Shown: positions 1-12,213 of the stretch, piece after piece
How the letters are laid out: every line of letters begins with the position of its first letter
How positions within the stretch are numbered: position 1 is the stretch's first letter
Translations under genes and position numbers: made by a program
The notes under the pieces: generated by a model
The model's database searches: none
What the model was told of the DNA's origin: nothing
What the model saw: the letters and a program-made list of their open reading frames with translations, nothing else
Source of the DNA: Chiloscyllium plagiosum
Lineage: Eukaryota
Assembly (NCBI RefSeq): GCF_004010195.1
Contig: NC_057719.1
Coordinates: 6,015,580 to 6,079,579 of the forward strand
Direction: 5' to 3'
Length of the DNA stretch: 64,000 bases

Positions 1-222
1 CCTCCCCCACTCACCCATTGTACTCTATGCTACTTTCTCCCCACCCCCACCCTTTCTAGCTTATCTCTCCACGCTTCAGGCTCTCTGCCTTTATTCCTGA
101 TGAAGGGCATTTGCCCGAAACGTCGATTTTGTTACTCCTTGGATGCTGCCTGAACTGCTGTGCTCTTCCAGCACCACTAATCCAGAATCTGGTTTCCAGC
201 ATCTGCAGTCATTGTTTTTACC
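1..222 (+). mobile_element. Penelope-like element (PLE) terminal fragment, family A
   Basis: Same terminal sequence (...ctggtttccagcatctgcagtcattgtttttacc) as the copies that carry GIY-YIG-like coding sequence at 6400-6751 and 15313-15585. Contains a hammerhead core. Confidence 0.8.
97..125 (+). ncRNA. Minimal hammerhead ribozyme core (PLE family A)
   Basis: CTGATGA-A-GGGC-attt-GCCC-GAAA-CGTC, with palindromic ACGT stem III and a GUC cleavage triplet. Confidence 0.65.
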
Positions 223-334
223 TATAATGAAAGGATGCTGTTGAAGGTGTGACAAAGAGCTAAAATGATAATAATTGAAATGAAAACTTGAAACTGCTCC
301 AAGGCTGAATAATTGGGGCAGAAGTCTGATGCAC

Positions 335-535
335 GACCTTATCACCCTCACCTTAACCTCCTTCCACCTATCGCATTTCCAACGCCCCTCCCCCAAGTCC
401 CTCCTCCCTACCTTTTATCTTAGCCTGCTTGGCACACTTTCCTCATTCCTGAAGAAGGGCTCATGCCCGAAACATCGATTCTCCTGCTCCTTGGATGCTG
501 CCTGACCTGCTGCGCATTTCCAGCAACACATTTTC
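335..535 (+). mobile_element. PLE terminal fragment (family A-related) with hammerhead core at 449-476
   Basis: CTGAAGA-A-GGGC-tcat-GCCC-GAAA-CATC followed by the family tail gattctcctgctccttggatgctgcctgacctgctg. Confidence 0.75.
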
Positions 536-3500
536 AGCTCTCATCATTAAGGTCAACATTGAAGGACAGGTGACGTCCTAGATACAGAAAGTGGTCCACC
601 TTTTCCAGAGTTGTTTCGGCAAGCTGAATTGATGGTTCTATCCCATTTGTCCCAATTGTTGACGGTTGATAGATGATCTGAGTCTTCCTGGAATTGATGC
701 TAAGTCCAAGTTTCGTGTATGCATGGTTGAAGGCAATCAGAATCTGTTGCAGGTGGTTTTCTGACATCTGTAGTCATCTGCATATTGGAACTCAATGAGG
801 GAACTCACAGATATCTTGTTTTTGGACTTATGATGGGCAAGATTGAAAACTCTGTCATCTGTTCTGTGGACAATTTCAATTCCTGGGGGTAGGTCATCCT
901 TGACAATGTGGATGATTGTCCCAGTAAAGATGGTCAACAAGGTTGGGGCAATCATCATCCCTGTTTTACTCCGGATCTGACTTGAAAAGGCTCACAGTTA
1001 CTGTTGCTGACCATAACTGTGGCAAGCCTGCCATCGTGGAGGAGTCTCAGGATTCGAATGTACTTTTCAGGGCTTCCATAGGTAGATAGGACATCCCATA
1101 GGAGTTCCCTTGATACCGAGTCAAAGGCTTTGGTGAGGTTAAAGAATGCCATTTACAAAGGTTGAAGTTGTTCACGACATTTTTCTTGTAGCTGTTGCAA
1201 AGTGAAGATCATGTCGATTGTTTCACGTGGTGATCTAAAACTTGTGTCTCCGGAAGGATCTTCTCGGCTAAAGGCTCGAGTCGGTTGTTCATGACGTGGG
1301 TGAGGATCTTTCCTGCTGGTGCTAACCGGGAAATTCCACGATTGTTTCTGCATTCAGATCGGTCGCCTTTTCCTTTTGTAGATGGTAGCAATTGCTGAGT
1401 CTCTAAAGTCTGCTGGTACATCTTCATTTATCCAGATCTTAATGAGAAGTTGATACAATTAGGAATGAAGCAGGTTACCTCCAAATTTGTAGACCTCGGT
1501 TGGTGTGCTATCGAGTCCAGCGACCTTGTTGTTTTTCAAGGTTTTGATGACTTCCTTGACTAATTCAAATGTTAGTACTTTGTCTCGGGAGTTGTCATCG
1601 GGTTGATATGGAATGTTGTTGATCACATTCCTGTCAAATGGGACAGTTTGATTTAGAAGATCTTCAAAGTACTCCCTCCAATTGATGTCAACGTTGCTCT
1701 TCAAGATGGTTGTACCATCTTTGCCTTCGAGAGGGGCTTGACTGTGAGTGGATCGGCCAAAACTAGCTTTAGTTACGTTGAAGAAGCCTCGAGTGTTATT
1801 GATGTCCACTAGTTGTTGGATTTCCTGAGCTTTCTTCCTCTACCATTGATTTTTCAGGTTTCAGGTGCTCTTTTGGACTGCAGCCTTACATTCCTGATAG
1901 TGTTTCCTTTTGGTAGCCAATTGTTGGTCGTTTTGTCAGGTGATGAAAGCTTTCCTGTTTTCGTCGATAAGTTGTTGGAGTAGTTTGTCATTATCATCTA
2001 ATCAATCCTGATGTTTTTTCATCTTGAACCAGTTGTTTCTTTGCAGGAGATGATGGTAGCGTTCTTCAATTGATTCCAGTATTCTGCTACAGATGGTGGA
2101 ATTTATTGAGGCAGTTGTCCTTGAAGATTTTGTTGAAACTTCTGTACATAGTGGATGTCTTGGAGGATGTTAACACTGAATTTCTTGATAGTGTTCTGAT
2201 TTTGGTGTTCCCCTTTGGGCCGAATCTTCATTCTCATGTTGGATGAGATGAGTGGATGGTCTGCCCAGCACTCTTTGGCACCAGTAACAGCTCTTGTTAT
2301 TAGTACGTTTTGTTGGTCCTGAGATCATGCGATGATGTAGTTGATGAGATGCCAATGTTGGAGGATTTATGCTGCCAGGAGACTTTATGCCTGGTGAAAT
2401 AGTGTATTTGTAATTACCAGATTATGTTCAGCACACTTGGTGAGGAGGAGTGTTCCAGTGGCGTTGACCTTGCCAACTCCTTCCTTCCTTTCCAATCCAG
2501 ACTCTATGATCTTTCCCAACTCAGGTATTGAAGTCACCCAACAGAATGATCTTGTTGTTGGGATACAGAGGAAAGGATGTCATTAAGTTGGGTGTAGAAG
2601 TTCTCCTTTACAGAGCCATGAAACATTCATTGATTCCCAGTGGTTATTCTGTCAGGTTCTAATGTAGGCTGTTTCAGATGGCAAAACCTACTCTGTGGAT
2701 CCTTGGGTTGTTCAGGATAAAATCCTTTCCAGAAAAAAGGTGTATTGACCTTGCTCTTCCTTTAGTTGCCATTCTCCAGCTCTGCACGTCTCAATCAGAG
2801 CAACAGTGTCAAAGTTGAATTTTTGGGATTCCCGGACAACAAAGGCAGTCTGTGTTTGGGTTATCCGTCAGAGTTCATATATTGCAGGTTCCAAATTTCA
2901 TGGTTTCACTTCTTGATGTTTTTCAACCGCATAATGGTGATCCCTCTGAACGTGGCTTTCCAGACAGGATGGGTGAAGCAGACTATTTTTAGGCCACCTT
3001 TTCTAGCCCCCTCCCAGTTTAGGGTGTGCAGAGTGGATCCTAAATAAGGCTGCTCAGACATGAGCACTGCTACCAAACAACTTGCCTGCTTCTGTCCAAA
3101 CGTTGAGCAACTGAATCAAGTATTCACTGCTTTCATGCCGGTTCTTAACCAGGAGCTTCCAGCCACCAGATAGCCTACTCCTGTCACCCTCCCCTAATTG
3201 CTGAAAGACTTGAAGAAGTAGCCTGAAGAGTATAAATGCCTGTGCGTGTATTTGTTTCGTGTGTACTTGATGTTGCAGTCCAAGAAGCACACAATACTTC
3301 ACAAGTCAACCAACTGATTCCAATGGCATGGGGACCACAACGATTAGAGCAGATGGATTTGTTGCAGCCTTCATCTGCCTTTACAGCCTTTGAGCTCGAA
3401 GTAACTTCATCTGCCTTTCCACTTTTGAAGTTTTGCTTGGATTGTACTTTGTCAGGGATCTCACCCTCGACCTTACCACCATAGGTGACCCTACCAGGAG

Positions 3501-3590
3501 CATAGCTCCAGATGGCAACACTCACGAGGTCTCAAGACCACAACAGCTTCTCCACCATGACAAGGTGACAATCCACAGAGTGCTCATTAG
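536..3590 (-). mobile_element. RTE-clade LINE, degenerate; 5' end present, 3' end missing
   Basis: Frameshifted APE start (MKFGTCNI, ~2905) and RT motifs FNLTKAFDSVSR, GVKQG, FQYADD, FLYLG. RTE/BovB-type 5' sequence caccttgtcatggtgg...tatgctcctggtagggtcacc. Confidence 0.9.
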
Positions 3591-4339
3591 AGACCAGCTG
3601 AAGAGGGCTGAGATTCCAGTGTTGCTGTCTTGCTTGCTTTCTGTTTTGTAGCATATAGGCCTGTTGATTGGCTCATAATCCTGGAACTTGCTCCGGAATA
3701 ACATTGTGGAGTACCTACACCAATGGATTACATTGGTTCAAGAAGACAGTTTGCCACCACCTTCTCAAGGGCAGGTCGGGCTGGGCAATAAATGCATGCC
3801 CAGCCAGTGATGCCCTTGTCCCAAGAGAAAATAAGAAAAAACATAAAGGTGTTATATAAATAAAACTTATCACTTTCTCTGTTGAAACCAGTTATGCCTC
3901 CAGTTCTGGTCTTACAAATTGCCATCATCCTGTTTATATAAAATGTCTCCAGCACCGAAATCCATTATAAGATGATTGATGGCTCCTGCAAAACACATGG
4001 GGAAAAAAGTGTGATAACATGAAATTTCCCATTGTAAAGAGATTTTCATTTAGCTCTGCATTGTCATGCAACATATATCTCTGTACATAAACATGCCTTT
4101 TTGAAGATCCAAAAGATGAACTTGAATACAAGACAAACACAGACCGTTCCACCCAACGAGTCAGTGCATGTCTTTCTGCTGCACATTAGCCTCTTCCTAC
4201 ACACCCTTTCAGCGTATCTTTGGTCTTGCTTATCTAGCTTCTCCTTAAATGCCTCTATGCCATCCAACTTAACTATTCCATGTTGCATGCTCACCCTTGT
4301 GGAGATGAAAAGGTGCAATATGCAATTTGGTACAAAGAA

Positions 4340-4890
4340 CATGGTTAGTATAAATGAAGGATACAATTCTAAAGAATGTGTAAAAGCAGAGACCGGGGTG
4401 CACCCATGCATAATCAATTAAAAGCAGTGGGACAGATAGAGTCATGTAGAGTGCAAGACCAGGGAGGTTATGCTGAACCTTTATAGGATACTGATTAGAT
4501 TTGAGCTACAATGATGGGCACCACGCTATCAGAAGGATGTGTAGGCATCCAAGCAGAGACTTATAAAGAATGGTTCCAGAGATGAGACTTAACCTATAAG
4601 GATAGATTGGTGAGATTCTCCTTCTGCTAAAAGGAGAAGCAATAGAAATTTTCAAAACCATGGGGAATCTGAACCGAGTACATAGGAACGACTGTTCCCA
4701 CTTGTAAATGGATCGAGAACCAGTCAACACAGTTTGAAAGTGCTTTGCAAAAGAAGAAAATGTGAAGTGAGAAACATCTTTTTCACATGCCAAGTTGTTA
4801 GAGTTTGGAATGCACTGCCAGATCGTGTAGTGAAGGCGTATTCAGTTGAGACATGCAAAAGGACATTAAATGATTGCTTGTATTTAAACA
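4340..4890 (+). mobile_element. Degenerate CR1 ORF2 3' fragment
   Basis: RNIFFTCQVVRVWNALPDRVV motif, typical of the CR1 C-terminus. Confidence 0.75.
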
Positions 4891-6278
4891 GTGTAGATTT
4901 TGTTTATCGTTTCTGCCATATACAATTGATACAGTAAAAAACAAGACAGCGTTTTTCCAGGACCAAGGTGCATGGTGAAAAGGCAGCAGATTGTCACAAA
5001 GTCAAAATGCTCAGAGAGCCTTTGTGGTTACTGTGGGCCGAATGGTCGTCTCCTACACCATAATAATTCTGTGAAAAAAATTCACTGAAATTTCCTTTAT
5101 GATCCCTGGTTGTGGACACCTCAATGTCTACACTGTCAAATGTTTCATAATTGGAAAGAACTCTTATCAGGTGGTGCATCAGACTTCCGCCCCAGCTATT
5201 CAGCCTTGGAGCAGTTTCAAGTTTTCATTTCAAGTATTATCCTTTTGACTCTTTGTCACATCTTCAACCGCATCCTTTCATAACATGGAGACTAGAACTG
5301 TGCACGGTCAAGAGACAAATATTAAGAGGTAAGATGTGTCCTGAGTGCAAAATTGAATTAAGGTCAAGGGAGGATTCCTGAAAACCAGTTTCAGAAGCAA
5401 CCCTATTGATTCCTACTGCAACTTTTGGTTTTTTTTATCAATAGCAAATAGTTTAATGAATTATGTGCATTGACACATATCTACTTCACAATAGAAAGGC
5501 AATCATGCCTTCAGGGCTTTCATTTTGTAATTTGGTGTAAATACTTTATGCCTTAGCATGAGCTGGAAGCTTGTGTAGTAATGAAAACAGCAGGGTGCTT
5601 GACACCTGCCGCTTGTTCAGCATCCCCAGTCTTTCATTTGCAAGCGGCATACGCAGGCAAGTCTTTAAAATGGTTTAATGCTTCCTTTTTGTTCTGGATC
5701 TCTTATTAGACAGTATACATGCATGCCTGCAAGCACATTACATGGGTCCTAGTTCTCGTCCATGCTGTTGTCTAATTGCGTACAAGGCGTGTGATGCTCA
5801 CCTCTCCTACAATGATCTTTGTCCACTTGGTTTGTCTGGTTTTGTTTGCTATGTTTCATCTTGAACCCTCCGAGTTTCACGCAAGGAATATGTTCACATT
5901 GCCAAATCAAAACGTTGTGGTGTATTTAAAGTTCACAAATACATGGTATGAAGGTAGCACTGCAACTTGAGATCTGAATCAGACCCAGTAGGTCTGGCGA
6001 GGAAATCCACGGCATTGAATGCAATGTCAATTTTACTCCCCATGCAATATTAGTCTTTGCTAACTTTGAGTGTAAATCAGATGGAATGTAAAAGCAATAA
6101 TGCACCCACTTCACTTCATTTCCTGCCAAGCAGGTTAGGCAAAAATTGGCCCCAATGCATCCAGCTAGGGACAAAATGGCTAGCTGTAAGGAACATAATT
6201 GTGGGCCAACCAGATTGAGCATTAGAATAATCATCCAGAGGCAGGAAAGATAAGGGTGAGCAATGCAGTAGCAGATTG

Positions 6279-7450
6279 ATTGAACATCGAACAGTAGAGC
6301 ACAGTACAGGCCCTTCAGCCCTCGATGTTGTGCCAACCTTTTATCCTACTCTAAGATCAAACTAACCTACATACCCTTTATTTTACTATCATCCATGTGG
6401 TAAAAACAATGACTGCAGATGCTGGAAACCAGATTCTGGATTAGCGTGGTGCTGGAAAAGCGCAGCAGTTCAGGCAGCATCCGAGGAGCAGGAAAATTGA
6501 CATTTCGGGCAAAAGCCCTTCATCAGAAATACAGGCAGAGTTCCTGAAGGGTGGAGAGGAGGTGGGGGAAGGTGAAATGAGGAAACTGGTGAAGTCCATA
6601 TTGATGCCCTGGGGTTGAGGTGTTCCGAGACTGAAGAGGAGGCGTTCTTCCTCCAGGTGTCAGATGGTGAGGGAGCGGCAGTGAAGGAGGTCCAGAACTT
6701 CCATGTCCTTGGCAGGGGGAGTTGAAATTTTGGGCCATAGGGCGGTGTGGTTCATCCATATGCCTATCCAAAAGTCACTTAAATGTCCCTAATGTATCTG
6801 ACTCTACGACCACTGCTGGCAGTGCATTCCACACACCCACCACTCTCTTTGTGAAGAACATCTCCCCTAAACCTTCTTCCAGTCACCTTAAACTTATGCC
6901 CCCTTGTGATAGCCATTTCTGTCCTGGGAAAAAGTCCACTCTATCTATGCCTCTCAGCATCTTGTACACCTCTACTAAGTAACCTCCCAAGAAAACTCCC
7001 AATAAAGTGACTGCTCCTTTCCTGTTTCTGACTTCCACCCACACTGACTCTAAACAAACCCTCCTCGATGATTTCAGTTTCTATTCCTTTTGAAACATTT
7101 AAACCCTGGAACATCCAACAACCATTCCTGCCCCTATGATATCCAAGTCAGCTCTGCAGCCACGTGTTCAGCTGCATTCGCTCTCTGTTCCTAGCCTCAC
7201 TAGCCCGTGGCGCTGGTAGCAACCCTGAGATTACTACCCTGCTCATCCTACCTTTTACTTCCAACCTAACTCCCTATATTCACTTTTCAGGTCCTTATCC
7301 CTTTTCCCAGCTATGTCATTTGTACCGATGTGTACCGTGACTCCTGGCTGCTCACCCTCCCTCTTTAAGAATCCTGTTGACTCAATCCAAGACATCCCTG
7401 ATCCTGCCACCCAGGAGGCAACATACTATCCAGGAATCTCATTCGCACCC
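6279..7450 (-). mobile_element. CR1 fragments (3' end plus EN/ORF1 pieces), interrupted by a PLE
   Basis: gaacagtagagcacagtacaggcccttcagccc CR1 3'-end signature; the sequence resumes after the PLE at 6752. Confidence 0.7.
6400..6751 (-). mobile_element. PLE family A 3' fragment with GIY-YIG C-terminal remnant and hammerhead core (6499-6526)
   Basis: TSD tcatccat(g/a)tg at 6389-6399 and 6752-6762. The minus strand encodes PMAQNFNSP.... Confidence 0.8.
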
Positions 7451-9829
7451 ATTTAGGATTTGAATTCACATTTGAACATCTCAGGTGCCAAGTGAATTCA
7501 GCGAAGACTTGCAAGAGAGAAGCCCTTTTTTTTTAAACTAACAGGCATAAAGAGGCAGCTCTGGTGAGGGAGTGAAAGATTGAGTGAATGGAAGCTTTCA
7601 TCTGGCAGAAAGTGCTGAGGGATTATCGGTGGATTCTGGGATGTCTCAGTGGAAATCGGGGTGATGGAATCTGCAGCCAGAGGGAGTTTAATGGAATAAA
7701 ATGTTACAAGCTATGTCCCAGAGTGTGATCATTACCAAATTAGATATTGTCTTTTAGGAGCTATGCTTCTAGGGTTGAATAATTAGAGGTTTTGCTCTCA
7801 TCCCAGCCAAACAGGAGTGTTTATTGCTCACTTTATTCATTTTGTAAAAGTAACCTTCCTCAATTTTAAAAGCACAAATTCACAAATTTTCTGAAAAGGG
7901 AGGAACATGTGAAGAAAATTTTGTGCAGCGAATTGTTTGGATCTAGAGTCCATTGCTTTAAAAATGGTGGAAGCATTTTCATTAAAACTTTTGAAAGGAA
8001 ATTCAATTAATACTTGAAAAGGAAAAACGTAGGACAATGGAAAAGATTGGGGATTGGGACTAGCTGGGTAGCTTTCAACCCAGCAGTCTGAAAGACCACC
8101 TGTACTGGATACTTTTCTTTGAGAGTGGATAAGAAAATTTGATGAAATAAGAAGAGAGTAAAATCAGATACTTAGACTCTTCCACATCTCGCATCATGGA
8201 TTAAAGATATGTGAATTCAAGCCATTTCTGAAGAAAAGCCATATTGGATTCAAAACATTGATTGTGTTTCTCTCTCCATAGATGCTGCCAGACCTGCTGA
8301 GATTCTCCAGCATTGTAGCCTAGTCTACTAACCAGTTCCCTGTTCGTGCTGTGCTTCTCCACACACAGATGGGAGACAAGCACATGTCTGAAAGACAGAT
8401 TGCATCTGTCCCCTTAATCTCCTAGATTATCTGTATCAAGTGTTGGTTGGGGAAAGAGTTGCAGGACAGGACAAGGTGCTGGGAAAATTCCCTGTTCCAG
8501 ACCAAATACTTTTGTGGGGTCTTTAATATCCATCTGAACACATTGGCAGGGTGTAGATCTGAAGAGCAGAACGGGAGAAATTAACAGTAAAGACATGTTC
8601 GAATAGAACAAATAGAACAAAATGAAAGGAGATTATGAAACAAAATGGGCTAAATGAACAGAATGCTTCCCTATTTTTAATTCACTGGTTGAGTCGACAG
8701 CTGCAACAAAGTATTCACCATGTTCTGCAAATAAAGAGGGTGTTTAATCAATTTCTGAAAAGTGTCTCATTTTTGCCAGTATAATTAATTAAACAGAGCT
8801 GACCCATGGCCAAAACATAGCATCTAATCTAAAGTAACCTCCTTCACTTGAGTTAAAATTCCCTAAGCCCCCAATATCTCTAACACAATGTGCCCCCTTG
8901 ATCTCACCCACATCCTTAATGACATGCCACCTGATAATAATTACAATTCTGATAACAACACAAGGGTTTAATGTAGACCCAGCCCACAGAAAGAGAAAAA
9001 CTGAACATGTGAAGTAAAATAATCCATCCTGGAAATTCACGATTACAATTACAGCTAATTCTTTCCTTACCTGACATCTGTATACAAACATTATCCATCA
9101 GAGTTTGCGAGATATGCGCCGGGATGGACATTCTGGTTAATCTTTAACGTTTTCGGCTAACAGATGCTGAGGCCAACTGAGTGGCGTGACTGCAAGTTGT
9201 GGCCTGACGATGCACCTACTCACTAGACCAATAGGAGGAGCTCTGAGGAAAGTTGACAATTTGCACCATCAACCCCCTCACCCACATGTCTTAAGTATGC
9301 ACACACATTCAGTTTTGTGCCGTCAACCATGAACCAAATACTTGGTTTCTGGCCTGTGCATTTTATGTGTTAAGAAAGTTGCGCAGAACCTTTTGTATTA
9401 GCATTCCTGTATTTTTTTATTGAAGCAACTCTTAAGCAGCTGTCTCCTGGCAACAGTTGCTCATGCCAACAGTTCAATGTTTTCCTGCACTGCTGTTGTT
9501 TGTTTTATACACAAAGCCAAACTTCAAGCAGCAAGTAACAGGGTAACAAAGAACCAATAGCAAGTATATGGTTCTTGTAATGTGGTTCGGCATGGTTCCC
9601 TGGCAACAGCAACAACAGTTTCAAATTATAGAGTGCCTTGTAAGTAGTAAGACCTCCCAAGGTGCTTTCTAATACATCTCACAAGTGACTGATCTGCCCT
9701 TTTGCAATCACTTCATCATCTAAGTCGACTTTCTATTGTGTGTTTCTGAGCCTCTTTTCCCTTCATAGAAATATTGGACCTGGTGTTCCTTTTCACTGTA
9801 TGGAGGTAAAGCCTGGTTGTTACAAGGCT

Positions 9830-10150
9830 GATAGATTTGACTGAAAGACAGTAGGTCTGACAGATGACATACTCAGCTAAAGCATCCCGTCATTGATAAG
9901 TTCCCAGATTTTGAGGAGGATAAGGGAGTTCAGTCTGGTATCCTGACCAGTGTACATCCCTCAATCAGCATCACTTAAAAAAGACAATTGTCTAGTCAGA
10001 ATGACATTGGTGTTTCTAAGACTGTTGTATGTAAGTTGGTTGCCCAGTTTCCGAAATTGCAATGATGACTCTTCAAAAGAACTTGAATGTCTCTAAAGCA
10101 CGTTGTGAGGTTGTGAAGAGTGACATATAAGTGCCAGTTCTATTTTCTTT
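9830..10150 (+). mobile_element. Deu-domain (SacSINE1-like) SINE remnant; similar copies at ~12480-12840 (+), 17700-17900 (-), 23530-24060 (-), 31600-31870 (-), 53230-53550 (+)
   Basis: Recognisable Deu core (gttctc..gtgtcctg.ccaa..t.tatccctcaa...tctggtcatt...gctgtttgtg) and an L2-type tail (tgaggttgtgaa...ata.aa.tg.aagt). Confidence 0.6.
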
Positions 10151-10368
10151 AACTTTCTGAGAGCAGTTCGTCACAGACTCAGACCACCCCAGCTTTCTGC
10201 CATTCCAATGTGGGGTAGTCTTCATACAAGTGACTGGTAGCACTTTTGTGAAGCTATTGGAGCTGAAGGTGGGGTGAAGAAGGGACTGGGTGGTTACTGA
10301 GAAATACATGAGATTTGTCTTGACGTATTTGGTATTTGATGTGCTCTGTGGTGTATTTGGCCATAGTT

Positions 10369-12213
10369 TATAGACAATAGACAATAGGTGCAGGAGTAGG
10401 CCATTCAGCCCTTCGATACTGCACCGCCATTCAATATAATCATGGCTGATCATTCCTAATCAGTATCCTGTTCCTGCCTTATCTTCATAACCCTTGATTC
10501 CACTATCTTTGAGAGCTCTATCCAACTCTTTCTTAAATGAAACCAGAGACTGGGCCTCCACTGCCCTCTGGGGCAGAGCATCCCACACAGCCACCACTCT
10601 CTGGGTGAACAAGTTTCTCCTCATCTCTGTCCTAAATGATCTACCCCGTATTTTTAAGCTGTGTCCTCTGGTTCAGCACTCACCCATCAGCGGAAACATG
10701 TTTCCTGCCTCCAGAGTGTCCAATCCTTTAATAATCAGATCCCTTCTCAGCCTTCTAAACTCAAGGGTATACAAGCCAAGTNNNNNNNNNNNNNNNNNNN
10801 NNNNNNNNNNNNNNNNNNNNNNNNNNNNNNNNNNNNNNNNNNNNNNNNNNNNNNNNNNNNNNNNNNNNNNNNNNNNNNNNNNNNNNNNNNNNNNNNNNNN
10901 NNNNNNNNNNNNNNNNNNNNNNNNNNNNNNNNNNNNNNNNNNNNNNNNNNNNNNNNNNNNNNNNNNNNNNNNNNNNNNNNNNNNNNNNNNNNNNNNNNNN
11001 NNNNNNNNNNNNNNNNNNNNNNNNNNNNNNNNNNNNNNNNNNNNNNNNNNNNNNNNNNNNNNNNNNNNNNNNNNNNNNNNNNNNNNNNNNNNNNNNNNNN
11101 NNNNNNNNNNNNNNNNNNNNNNNNNNNNNNNNNNNNNNNNNNNNNNNNNNNNNNNNNNNNNNNNNNNNNNNNNNNNNNNNNNNNNNNNNNNNNNNNNNNN
11201 NNNNNNNNNNNNNNNNNNNNNNNNNNNNNNNNNNNNNNNNNNNNNNNNNNNNNNNNNNNNNNNNNNNNNNNNNNNNNNNNNNNNNNNNNNNNNNNNNNNN
11301 NNNNNNNNNNNNNNNNNNNNNNNNNNNNNNNNNNNNNNNNNNNNNNNNNNNNNNNNNNNNNNNNNNNNNNNNNNNNNNNNNNNNNNNNNNNNNNNNNNNN
11401 NNNNNNNNNNNNNNNNNNNNNNNNNNNNNNNNNNNNNNNNNNNNNNNNNNNNNNNNNNNNNNNNNNNNNNNNNNNNNNNNNNNNNNNNNNNNNNNNNNNN
11501 NNNNNNNNNNNNNNNNNNNNNNNNNNNNNNNNNNNNNNNNNNNNNNNNNNNNNNNNNNNNNNNNNNNNNNNNNNNNNNNNNNNNNNNNNNNNNNNNNNNN
11601 NNNNNNNNNNNNNNNNNNNNNNNNNNNNNNNNNNNNNNNNNNNNNNNNNNNNNNNNNNNNNNNNNNNNNNNNNNNNNNNNNNNNNNNNNNNNNNNNNNNN
11701 NAATTCTTCTGCCATTTCTTTGTTCCCCGTAATATATTCCCCTGTTTCTGTCTTCAAGGGCCCAATTTTTGTCCTAACCATTTTTTTGCCTTGCACATAC
11801 TTAAAAAAGCTTTTACTATCCTCCTTTATATTCTTGGCCAGTTTACCTTCGTACCTCATTTTTCCTCTGCTTATTTCCTTCTTAGTAATCCTCTGTTGTC
11901 TTTAAAAGCTTCCCAGTCCTCCATTTTCCCACTTATCTTAGCTATGTTATACTTTTTCTCTTTTAACTTTACTTCCCTCGTCAGCCGTGGCCACCCATGC
12001 CTCCTCCTGGGATCTTTCTTCCTTTTAGGAATGAACTGATCCTGCAACTTCTGCATTATACACAGAAATATCCGCCATTGTTCCTCCACGGTCATCCCTG
12101 CTAAGGTATTGCACCATTGAACTTTGGCCAGCTCCTCCCTCATAGCTCCATAGTTCCCTTTATTCAACAGAAGTACTGTCACTTCCGACTGTACTCTCTC
12201 CCTCTCAAATTGC
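10369..12213 (-). mobile_element. Young 5'-truncated CR1 LINE spanning an assembly gap
   Basis: (tagacaa)n tail and ORF2 peptides YEGKLAKNIKEDSKSFFKYVQGKK...IGPLKTETGE and KGNYGAMREELAKVQW. Confidence 0.9.
10782..11701. other. Assembly gap (other gaps: 19696-19912, 27884-27895, 32528-32618, 48918-48951)
   Basis: Runs of N. Confidence 1.

Noticed and set aside
10494..11905. Long ORFs of 370-414 aa
   Set aside because: Artefacts of translating through an N gap within a CR1.
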